Shown here: piece by piece, positions 17,936 through 24,720 of the stretch
Layout: every line of letters starts with the position of its first letter
Numbering within the stretch: the stretch's first letter is position 1
From: a virus
Taxonomy: Duplodnaviria; Caudoviricetes
DNA length: 27,110 bases
Virus record (IMG/VR): IMGVR_UViG_3300037483_000139
Coordinates: 1-27,110 of that record
Reading direction: 5' to 3' (one strand)
The notes under the pieces: model-generated
What the model was told of the DNA's origin: nothing
Databases searched by the model: none
Seen by the model: only the letters and a program-made list of their open reading frames with translations
Position numbers and translations under genes: made by a program

Positions 17936-18100
17936 CTACCCCACGTAGACGATTGTTTCAATCCCACAGGGAGCAAGCTGCGTCTGGTTTGCGATCACCC
18001 TAGCACCACCTCTGGCCACGTCTCTATCAGAACAAATTCTCGTCCCATCCAGTTTAAGGTGTAGCTCGATCTTGTTGGCAATCTCAGTGAGGAATGACAT
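17936..18100 (-). CDS. Hypothetical protein
   Basis: GGAG RBS before ATG at 18100 (MSFLTEIANK). Confidence 0.55.
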   Translation of the reverse strand: MSFLTEIANKIELHLKLDGTRICSDRDVARGGARVIANQTQLAPCGIETIVYVG

Positions 18101-18257
18101 TGCGTCGCTCCACATATTTGGTAAGGTACACCAGCCCGATACCAAAAACAGAGAGGCCAACAAAGAATATCAAGAATAGCATGACGCTCGGCGCCCAAAA
18201 GCATGATGCGAAACAGGCACCAATCAAAAACATTAGGGCAGCATGTCCGTATGTCAT
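18084..18257 (-). CDS. Small two-TM membrane protein
   Basis: GAGG RBS; MTYGHAALMFLIGACFASCFW... Confidence 0.65.
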   Translation of the reverse strand: MTYGHAALMFLIGACFASCFWAPSVMLFLIFFVGLSVFGIGLVYLTKYVERRNVIPH

Positions 18258-18305
18258 GGCGTCCTCGGTGTTATGGTCATCGGTCAAGTCCGCAAGTCAA
18301 AGTCG

Positions 18306-18506
18306 TCAGGGGTGTGGCCCAGCCCGCAACTCGTCCAGTTCGCCCATGGCGGCCTCATACTTCTCGGCAAAATCGTCACGCTCCTTGAGAAGCGCCTTGA
18401 CGGCATCCGGGACCGCGTGAGCTGCTCCGCACGGATCACAGTCACCGCATGCAAATCCATCGCCCGCAATACGGCCGGTAACACAGCAGATCGGGAGAAT
18501 GATCAT
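18306..18506 (-). CDS. Small Cys-rich protein with C-terminal coiled coil
   Basis: CCVTG...ACGDCDPC; GAGG RBS. Confidence 0.7.
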   Translation of the reverse strand: MIILPICCVTGRIAGDGFACGDCDPCGAAHAVPDAVKALLKERDDFAEKYEAAMGELDELRAGPHP

Positions 18507-18543
18507 GATTTGCCCTCGCGGATACCTTGCCTGATCGCGGTAG

Positions 18544-18891
18544 TCAGTCTCGCTGGAAGCCTATCAAGCAGTCCAGATCGCTTGCGCCTAGGTTCCGGGC
18601 AGCAACCCACACGTCGCCTTCTCGAACAAGATCGCCCAGTCTGACGTCGTAGAACGGGGAACGGCTGCGGGCAAAGGACAGATCAAAGTCTCCCGGCACT
18701 GTACCGACCCGGCGACCGTATTGCATCACCGGGACGCGCTCGGTGGGGACCTTCACCCCGCAGGCTCGCGCAACCTCGGCAAGCCCGAATTCACGAACGG
18801 TTCTGGCGTCAAAGGTAATATACCGACCGTCGCCGATTTCGTAGGTGACAGTTTCATTCATCAGGTCCGAGTAGCTTTCGACCTTCTTCAT
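18544..18891 (-). CDS. Hypothetical protein
   Basis: 115 aa, AAGGAG RBS in the repeat tail. Confidence 0.8.
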   Translation of the reverse strand: MKKVESYSDLMNETVTYEIGDGRYITFDARTVREFGLAEVARACGVKVPTERVPVMQYGRRVGTVPGDFDLSFARSRSPFYDVRLGDLVREGDVWVAARNLGASDLDCLIGFQRD

Positions 18892-18930
18892 AGTATCTCC
18901 TTCAGGTGTTTCGGACAGCCGGCCGATCCG

Positions 18931-19140
18931 TCAGCCTAAAACCACCTCGGGATGCAACTCAATTAAAGCGAAGCGCTCGCCCATCCAGCTTTCCCAACCT
19001 GGCTTAAATTCGTACACTCCCGTTACTCGGCAAAGCGATTCCTGGTGATCCTTGTCTTGACCGACTATCGGATAGCCTGCACCCACTTCTAGGGACGGAT
19101 CAATCTTGGAAAGTTCTTTAATAAGTTCAGCTACTGTCAC
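18931..19140 (-). CDS. Hypothetical protein (MTVAELIKEL type)
   Basis: GGAGG RBS before GTG at 19140. Confidence 0.75.
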   Translation of the reverse strand: MTVAELIKELSKIDPSLEVGAGYPIVGQDKDHQESLCRVTGVYEFKPGWESWMGERFALIELHPEVVLG

Positions 19141-19195
19141 TTTTGTTATCCTCCACTCTTTCGATTCGCCGGCCGATCCGGGCCGCTCCACATTT

Positions 19196-19309
19196 TTAGA
19201 AACGATTGCCTTCCAGAAATCTCAAAAGAAGTTCGATCGCGATCCGTCTATCCCTTTGGGAACCGTGCTTTAGCGCCCATTCGATGAGATCAAGTTCCGG
19301 TTTTGTCAT
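19196..19309 (-). CDS. 37-aa hypothetical protein (absent from ORF track)
   Basis: GAGGGAG RBS; MTKPELDLIEWALKHGSQRDRRIAIELLLRFLEGNRF. Confidence 0.6.
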   Translation of the reverse strand: MTKPELDLIEWALKHGSQRDRRIAIELLLRFLEGNRF

Positions 19310-19348
19310 TGCTTTCTCCCTCACTGTTTCGGTTGGCCGGCCCGATCG

Positions 19349-19627
19349 CTAGACGCCGGCACCCACAAAAAGCTCGCGGCTCGCACGATGTACTAAGTTA
19401 GCTTCGTGGGTGTATCCCTCTTCATCGGAGCCGCCACAGCTCAGGACCCACAAGACCTTTCTCTCGCGAGTGCCGCAGCAGTCAGCGGTAACGCAGGCCG
19501 CCATGAAGTCTCCGAGTGTTGCGAAAACGACAATCGTGTTCCCAGGGCCGGGGATGCTGGTAGCGGAGACCATGTAGTCGTATCCATACGGGGCAAGAAT
19601 CCTAGCAAACTCTTCCATTTTAGCCAT
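19349..19627 (-). CDS. Hypothetical protein
   Basis: 92 aa, bounded by two repeat sites; AAGGAG RBS (GAAGGAGA is very close to the first ATG, so the ATG three codons downstream may be used). Confidence 0.7.
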   Translation of the reverse strand: MAKMEEFARILAPYGYDYMVSATSIPGPGNTIVVFATLGDFMAACVTADCCGTRERKVLWVLSCGGSDEEGYTHEANLVHRASRELFVGAGV

Positions 19628-19670
19628 TCTCCTTCAGTGTTTCGGTTGGCCTGTCACTCGGGCTATCAAA

Positions 19671-19898
19671 TTATCGCGCTAGGCGATCAAGCTGCCGCGC
19701 CGCGTCAAGTAGGTCATTGGCTAGCAAGGCGTCGCCTGCCTCGACCGCATTCTCTGTGACGTAATAGGCGTACCGTCGGAGACGGTCGGATAGTCCGATC
19801 TGATTGCCTGTGATTTTGCCGCTGTTCCCGTCCACGACGTACGAAACAAAGTTCTCGCCGAGAACATAATATGGGTTATCCATCTTCTTTTTGAGCAT
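19671..19898 (-). CDS. Hypothetical protein
   Basis: GGAGGAG RBS before ATG at 19898. Confidence 0.7.
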   Translation of the reverse strand: MLKKKMDNPYYVLGENFVSYVVDGNSGKITGNQIGLSDRLRRYAYYVTENAVEAGDALLANDLLDAARQLDRLAR

Positions 19899-19899
19899 C

Positions 19900-20169
19900 C
19901 TACTCCTCCATGCTTCGGTCTGGTTGAATGATGTTCTGCCGCATGGGCTGCTGCGTATGCCAAGCCAGCTCAAACTTGGCGATCGATAGATGCCAGCTTA
20001 GGCCGCCGCTGTCTCGATATCGATGGAAGAAGAACCATCGAACTTGGTCGTGAGCTGGCAGGGTAAGCGATAGAACCCATCGCCAAGTAAGCGAGTGTTG
20101 TGGGTGGTAGGAGGCGAGGTTCCAGCAGCGTGGGCTGTTGGTTCTGTGGATTAACTTAAGACCCTGCAT
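19900..20169 (-). CDS. Hypothetical Trp/His-rich protein
   Basis: AAGGAG RBS before ATG at 20169; C-terminus reads through a repeat site. Confidence 0.7.
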   Translation of the reverse strand: MQGLKLIHRTNSPRCWNLASYHPQHSLTWRWVLSLTLPAHDQVRWFFFHRYRDSGGLSWHLSIAKFELAWHTQQPMRQNIIQPDRSMEE

Positions 20170-20208
20170 GCCGCTCTCCTTCACCGTTTCGGTCTGTTTG
20201 AATGATCG

Positions 20209-20403
20209 CTATTGCGAGCCATCCTTGACGCCTTTGATGAATGATCCGACCTCCCGGCCGATGCCTTCGGGACCGGCCTTGACTACTTGGAACAGCACAT
20301 AGAACGTGCCGGCCATGATACTCATGGCGAGAAGCCCGACGAATCCGAACCAGATTTTGAACCCCAGCGGCATCCCCATATCCATCCTAGATCTCGGTCG
20401 CAT
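20209..20403 (-). CDS. Small membrane protein
   Basis: GGAGAGAG RBS; TM segment FKIWFGFVGLLAMSIMAGTFYVLF. Confidence 0.7.
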   Translation of the reverse strand: MRPRSRMDMGMPLGFKIWFGFVGLLAMSIMAGTFYVLFQVVKAGPEGIGREVGSFIKGVKDGSQ

Positions 20404-20532
20404 CTCTCTCCACACAGCCCTATGCTGCTTCCACTGTTTCGGATAGCGGACGTGAATTCCGCTAAGTTATTATAGCTGCTTACCTATCGGCGATTGCGCG
20501 CCATCACCTTGAGAGATCGGGCCATCCGCGCT

Positions 20533-20733
20533 CTAGTCGGTAAATCCCTTCCGAAGAACCTTGGTCATTTGCTCCAACTTTGCCCGCCGATATCTTGAGC
20601 CGCGGCTGCCGTCACCAATCCGATACCACCCATTTGCATAGGTGACTTCTGGCGCAGTTTTGCTATGCGCTTCGGAGAATGCGCGCTGCCAGTCCTTTAC
20701 CACCCGTTCGCGGTAGGCATCGGTAACTCGCAT
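20533..20733 (-). CDS. Hypothetical basic protein
   Basis: 66 aa, GAGGGAG RBS, starts 1 nt after the upstream stop. Confidence 0.7.
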   Translation of the reverse strand: MRVTDAYRERVVKDWQRAFSEAHSKTAPEVTYANGWYRIGDGSRGSRYRRAKLEQMTKVLRKGFTD

Positions 20734-20734
20734 C

Positions 20735-21001
20735 TCACTTCTCCCTCGCCAGCGCTTCGACCTGCACGCCCATCATCCACGGCAGGTTCTGGGTCGGGTG
20801 TTCCGCCCATGACCGATAGCCTGTGGTATCGTTCAGCCAGGATCGCTGCTCGATCAGGTTGGAGAGCAGGCGGCCTTTGCGGCTCTCTCGGCCGACCCGG
20901 ATGCGCAGGGTTCCCAAGCTGGGTAACGATTCGGTAACACTACGTCCGTTTGTTTCATGTATGTTCACGGTATTTTCCAATCGTGATCGCTGATTTATCA
21001 A
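20735..21001 (-). CDS. Hypothetical protein, start uncertain, 5' part overlaps putative attP
   Basis: Open frame whose stop abuts the next gene; no clear RBS. Confidence 0.45.
   Translation of the reverse strand: MINQRSRLENTVNIHETNGRSVTESLPSLGTLRIRVGRESRKGRLLSNLIEQRSWLNDTTGYRSWAEHPTQNLPWMMGVQVEALAREK
20952..20966. promoter_or_regulatory. Possible alphaproteobacterial LexA box
   Basis: GTTT-CATGTAT-GTTC, one mismatch to GTTC-N7-GTTC. Confidence 0.35.
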
Positions 21002-21008
21002 TGGGTTA
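20996..21008 (+). promoter_or_regulatory. IHF binding consensus
   Basis: TATCAATGGGTTA matches WATCAANNNNTTR exactly, inside the putative attP. Confidence 0.6.
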
Positions 21009-21114
21009 GGCCGTGCGTCTCAAATCATCCATTTAGGTATCTAGCACGAAACCACCGGTAATTATAGTGGTTACTGTGGTTTGGGTAACGATTGGGTAAT
21101 ATTTATCAACATTC

Positions 21115-21300
21115 TTAGGTTGCATCCTTCAGTTCATAATCGCCGCAGAAGTCCGATGAAGCGACTGGAGGCCAGACCTTTTGCACGCCATGTTCGGCCA
21201 GTACGGCGATCGGTGCATGCCGTCGGCACTTGTAGTCGAAGCGCCGGAACTCATCGGCTCCGAACGCACAGTTTCCGCAATTCTCTACTTTATCGGACAT
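21115..21300 (-). CDS. Small Cys-rich phage protein
   Basis: CGNC...CRRHAP...WPPV...DFCGDY; overlaps the int stop. Confidence 0.75.
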   Translation of the reverse strand: MSDKVENCGNCAFGADEFRRFDYKCRRHAPIAVLAEHGVQKVWPPVASSDFCGDYELKDAT

Positions 21301-22285
21301 TCGCTGCATCCTTCTGCCAGTCGGGGGCGTGCTTTCCGTAGACCTCAACGAGAACCTTCACACTCATTCCGAGATAGTTCGCTGCTTCCCATGCCGAGAC
21401 GCCTTGGGCGAGCATGTAGGTGGCTCTGGAGTGTCGGAGGATATGCGGGACCACATAGGCAGGAAGCCCGGCTTCTCGTCTGACGCGCTCCCAGGAGCTG
21501 ACGGGTCGATGAATTGCCACTCCTCGAAAGTTGATGATGTGTTCGCATTTGCCATCCAAACGCTTCCATCTTCTAAGATGAAATAGAATTCGCTTGCCGA
21601 GCAAGATTGGCGGACTTCTCTTTTTCGTTTGTACTGCTCCACGTTCTTTCCTCTGCATGATGCCGGTTTCAAGATTCACCATCGACCATTTTAAACCAGT
21701 AATGACGCTGCGGCGGCTGCCCGTGTACCACCCGATCAGGAAGAACCGAGCTAGGTGGGGTGTAGAGCGTGCGTGCCACAGGAACCGGGCTGCTTCTGAA
21801 CGTGTCATAAAGTCCTGCCTTGGCTGCGGCTTCGGCGGAAGCTTGATCTTTGGCGTCGGCATCATGGGGGAGTGGTTTGCCCTCCAGTGCTGAATTGACG
21901 CGTTCAGAAAAGCAAGTTCCCGGCGGGCAGATGCTCCAGCCTGACGATGTGTGACGTAAGCCCTGCACGACGCGGCAGATACATCCGAGACCTTCTTCGT
22001 TCCCCACCATCTGTTCAAATGTCCTATGTCGTAGAGGATGTGTTTGCCCGAGACCGTGTGCTTGATATGCTCTTCGGCGTAGGCTGCGAGGACATCGGCA
22101 AGGATCGGGTTCGGACCTTCGGCCGGCTTGTGCTTGCCCTCGATGTAGTCCCGAAGTGCTCTTTCAGCCTGTTTAATGTCCGCTGCGCCGAGCCCTGTGC
22201 GACGGTGGAATCGTCCGTCGATGATGGTCCAGGATTCTCGCCCTTTGTCCCAATAGAGGCGCGGGCCTGAGCTTCTACGCGGCAT
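21290..22285 (-). CDS. int: Tyrosine integrase
   Basis: YTGSRR (catalytic R), QTKKR (K), PHILRH (HxxR), VYGKH (Y); start MPRRSSGPRL after AGGA...GGA. Confidence 0.93.
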   Translation of the reverse strand: MPRRSSGPRLYWDKGRESWTIIDGRFHRRTGLGAADIKQAERALRDYIEGKHKPAEGPNPILADVLAAYAEEHIKHTVSGKHILYDIGHLNRWWGTKKVSDVSAASCRAYVTHRQAGASARRELAFLNASIQHWRANHSPMMPTPKIKLPPKPQPRQDFMTRSEAARFLWHARSTPHLARFFLIGWYTGSRRSVITGLKWSMVNLETGIMQRKERGAVQTKKRSPPILLGKRILFHLRRWKRLDGKCEHIINFRGVAIHRPVSSWERVRREAGLPAYVVPHILRHSRATYMLAQGVSAWEAANYLGMSVKVLVEVYGKHAPDWQKDAANVR

Positions 22286-22452
22286 TTGGTTTCCATATCC
22301 TGAAGGGCGGGCAGGGTGGTCCAATAGGCCCGACCCATCATTGATGCAACCAGATTTCCCCGGGCGATCTCAGCGCGCAAGGTCGCCGCATGCCTAGCAT
22401 CCCCGAAAAAGACCTCGGCGGCTTGCTTCAATGTCATGCGGCGGTCGGTCAT
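22024..22452 (-). CDS. xis: Excisionase-like winged-HTH protein overlapping int
   Basis: MTLKQAA...ATLRAEIARGNLVASMMGRAYWTT, then an S/T/R-rich tail overprinted on int. Confidence 0.75.
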   Translation of the reverse strand: MTDRRMTLKQAAEVFFGDARHAATLRAEIARGNLVASMMGRAYWTTLPALQDMETKCRVEAQARASIGTKGENPGPSSTDDSTVAQGSAQRTLNRLKEHFGTTSRASTSRPKVRTRSLPMSSQPTPKSISSTRSRANTSSTT

Positions 22453-22471
22453 TTGGTGTTGTGATCTTTCG

Positions 22472-22747
22472 TCATGTCCGCGAGAGTGCCGCGCCGCATC
22501 CTTGCGCGTGTGGACTGTCAGGATGCTCTGGCTCCTCAACTAAGACGTAGCCGACGTTTCCAGCTATGAGACATGCCAGTCGGTATTGATCGGCCGGCGG
22601 CATGCCGAATGCATGCTTGCGCAGCGCATCAATTGTAAAGCCGGGTATCTCTAATACCTGCGCGGGGAGCCACCCCCGCTGCCGGAATTCGTCCTCGAAA
22701 ACAGCCGCAACCCGGCTACAGACGTGATCCAATTCAGCCTTGTTCAT
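22472..22747 (-). CDS. Hypothetical protein
   Basis: ATGA coupling at 22744-22747. Confidence 0.7.
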   Translation of the reverse strand: MNKAELDHVCSRVAAVFEDEFRQRGWLPAQVLEIPGFTIDALRKHAFGMPPADQYRLACLIAGNVGYVLVEEPEHPDSPHAQGCGAALSRT

Positions 22748-23118
22748 TGCTTTCCATCCTCGCATGATGGTTGACTGGCCTGCGTCTTGCTGAGTTCGCT
22801 CCGTAGCGTATTGATCATAAAGTCGGGGGTCTGACTTGCTGTGGCGGCCGCAGCCTTGGCCCATGAAGAACTTGGCTTCTCCAACTGGCGTTGCCTCTCC
22901 CTCTCGTTAACAATCGCGACGATCGGAGCCCGCCAAATCATCGGGTTTGTACGCATTCCCTGCGCGATGGCTTCGGCCATCTCAAGCGCCACAGCCATCC
23001 CTTCGGCCCTCACGGCAAAGTTCTGATACCGCAGGCCGGCGGCTTTCTGGTCGGCGTCGGCGCCGTTGCCAGTCGAATGCGGGCAAGCCTCTATCGTCAC
23101 TAGCCAGCGATCAGTCAT
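22744..23118 (-). CDS. Hypothetical protein
   Basis: ATGA coupling at both ends. Confidence 0.75.
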   Translation of the reverse strand: MTDRWLVTIEACPHSTGNGADADQKAAGLRYQNFAVRAEGMAVALEMAEAIAQGMRTNPMIWRAPIVAIVNERERQRQLEKPSSSWAKAAAATASQTPDFMINTLRSELSKTQASQPSCEDGKQ

Positions 23119-23306
23119 GATTTGCCCTCGCGGATACCAGAAGAGTTCGCGGCCTCAACCAACAATCGAGCGAGCATCAGCGCCGTCTCGTAGCTCTGGC
23201 CGACCGTCGCGTGGTCGCTGTGAAAGAACTCAGCGATGTCGTTGTGATCCTCGTCGCCGATCAGGATGGCGTGGTCACGATCATCTGAGACGATTTCTAG
23301 TTTCAT
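23115..23306 (-). CDS. Hypothetical acidic protein
   Basis: ATGA coupling at both ends. Confidence 0.75.
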   Translation of the reverse strand: MKLEIVSDDRDHAILIGDEDHNDIAEFFHSDHATVGQSYETALMLARLLVEAANSSGIREGKS

Positions 23307-23506
23307 GTTTCACCGTTTCGGTTTCCGGAAGTGTCCGTAAGTTTGCGCTCGCAATCGCGACATCTAGCTTTCAGCGGAGCCCCCTGGCTTGCTTTGCGAT
23401 ATTGCTCATGACCGCATTTCAATGTCAGGCGGATGGATTTCGGGACGTAGCCGGTATATCGGCTGGCACCCATGTATTGCGCGTCAGTCACTGGTTGCCA
23501 GATCAT
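23303..23506 (-). CDS. Zinc-ribbon-like protein
   Basis: LKCGH...RCRDC; ATGA coupling. Confidence 0.75.
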   Translation of the reverse strand: MIWQPVTDAQYMGASRYTGYVPKSIRLTLKCGHEQYRKASQGAPLKARCRDCERKLTDTSGNRNGET

Positions 23507-24066
23507 GCTTCATCACCTCGGTTTTGGCGCGTATACGAAACAATTTCATCAGCTTTCGCCCGTGCCGTTCTGATCCGCTCCTGCATATCATCGGTTAGAG
23601 CAAGGTCTGGCCGTCCCAGCTTATGTGCCAGTCCCATTGCTTCCTGGTCGATGATACGCGCGATTTCATCCCGGCTTGGCGTCGTGTCCGAAAGTGCGGT
23701 CTTGGCAATCTGTTCGAAGTGCTCGACCAACAGAGCCTTTATGGTCGCCCGATTGCCCAGCCCAACTTGAAGCCCGTCAAGGCTGGTCCTGAGAATGAAC
23801 TCCGCGCGATCGTAAAAATCGTTGATGTCATGCCCGTTTATGCACATCCAAAGCCGATGGGCGCTTTCAGTGAGCTTGACGGGCACTCGCTCTGGCAGTC
23901 TTGGGGCATGACCGCGAGACTGAACGATGGCTATAACAGCATCCGCCGCGTACAGCGCGTTTGAGTAATTGTTATTATAGGTTGTCGAAAACTCTCCGTG
24001 AGCAATCAACTCCGTTGCCACCGCTTCGCGCAATGTTTCAGATACAGGAGAAGTTCGTTCCGTCAT
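23503..24066 (-). CDS. Mosaic hypothetical protein of three modules separated by dyad sites
   Basis: GGAGG RBS, ATGA coupling; 187 aa. Confidence 0.75.
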   Translation of the reverse strand: MTERTSPVSETLREAVATELIAHGEFSTTYNNNYSNALYAADAVIAIVQSRGHAPRLPERVPVKLTESAHRLWMCINGHDINDFYDRAEFILRTSLDGLQVGLGNRATIKALLVEHFEQIAKTALSDTTPSRDEIARIIDQEAMGLAHKLGRPDLALTDDMQERIRTARAKADEIVSYTRQNRGDEA

Positions 24067-24269
24067 CCCATCCTCCATACACATCCAGCAATCAAGAGCC
24101 CGTATATTGCGACGCCTGAAGCGATCAGATCGGCCTTCCGATCGTCACTCATTGCCGATATTTTTCGGTTGAACTCGTTGGCCGTCTCGACCTGATCCAG
24201 CCACACGCCAGCAGCGATTATGACCGCAACGGCGAGAATGATCGTGATAAGGTCGGTGATGTGTTTCAT
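24063..24269 (-). CDS. Small two-TM membrane protein
   Basis: Hydrophobic N- and C-terminal segments; ATGA coupling. Confidence 0.75.
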   Translation of the reverse strand: MKHITDLITIILAVAVIIAAGVWLDQVETANEFNRKISAMSDDRKADLIASGVAIYGLLIAGCVWRMG

Positions 24270-24466
24270 GGCTTGAACTCATCTCCACATGCGTTGCATT
24301 TTAAAAGAGCATTTTCACATGAAGCGCATGGAGCTCTGATATGGCAGGAGCAGTTTTCCGTATTAAAATACAGCTTCCCATCGAGACACGCCTGACAAAC
24401 AGAGCCCTCTTCAACAGGTTCTGGCGCCTTTCGAAAATTGAACACGATACTTTTTTCGATGCTCAT
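24266..24466 (-). CDS. Cys-rich zinc-finger-like protein
   Basis: CQAC, CSCH...PCASC, CNAC. Confidence 0.8.
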   Translation of the reverse strand: MSIEKSIVFNFRKAPEPVEEGSVCQACLDGKLYFNTENCSCHIRAPCASCENALLKCNACGDEFKP

Positions 24467-24720
24467 GTTTCCCTCCGGTCATTCAACTTCCGCCATCCCA
24501 CCTCAAGCGAGCTGCTCATGGCGACGAAGCTCTTCAGACGCCCCTCCAGCGTTTCGCCGGGGATTTCTGACAGGATGTCCATTGCGCTCGCGATCTCGGA
24601 TTCGAGTTCGGCAATACGATCGGCCGCTTCAAAGCAGATCGACGATGAACTCGTGTAATCAGCGTTGCGAGCGTGGCTTTCCAGCCTTTCGACCAGAGGC
24701 GCTGGATTTTGATTGCTCAT
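24463..24720 (-). CDS. Ead/Ea22-like coiled-coil protein
   Basis: LVERL...EAADRIAELE. Confidence 0.65.
   Translation of the reverse strand: MSNQNPAPLVERLESHARNADYTSSSSICFEAADRIAELESEIASAMDILSEIPGETLEGRLKSFVAMSSSLEVGWRKLNDRRET

Larger units (their letters stand above)
18274..20528 (-). repeat. Array A of 19-bp dyad sites CGRWY-N9-RWYCG at gene junctions (10 copies, some degenerate)
   Basis: Sites at 18274-18292, 18519-18537, 18912-18930, 19162-19180, 19330-19348, 19643-19661, 19916-19934, 20190-20208, 20440-20458, 20510-20528. Seven are followed by an AAACAGTGAAGGAG-like tail, usually carrying the RBS. Confidence 0.85.
20920..21100. other. Putative attP region
   Basis: AT-rich; direct repeats TGGGTAACGATTCGGTAAC (20920-20938) and TGGGTAACGATTGGGTAAT (21082-21100), each a tandem GGTAAY pair typical of arm-type sites; downstream of int. 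Confidence 0.65.
22462..24057 (-). repeat. Array B of 19-bp dyad sites (7 copies, at junctions and inside a CDS)
   Basis: Sites at 22462-22480, 23131-23149, 23319-23337, 23519-23537, 23672-23690, 23896-23914, 24039-24057, each with 0-1 mismatch to CGRWY-N9-RWYCG. Confidence 0.8.

Noticed and set aside
20469-20474. TATAAT on the minus strand as a sigma70 promoter
   Set aside because: No recognisable -35 at the proper spacing.
18274-20528. CRISPR array or classical integron
   Set aside because: Repeats are degenerate and separated by whole ORFs; no cas genes; no RYYYAAC/GTTRRRY attC structure; the integrase looks like an xis-linked phage Int.
17722-21034. 12-bp inverted match AAATGGATGATT (17722-17733 and 21023-21034)
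   Set aside because: Dozens of 12-mer matches are expected by chance in 27 kb.
22748-22790. Dyad site at the 22744 gene junction
   Set aside because: Best candidate has too many mismatches, although a CGAGG tail is present.
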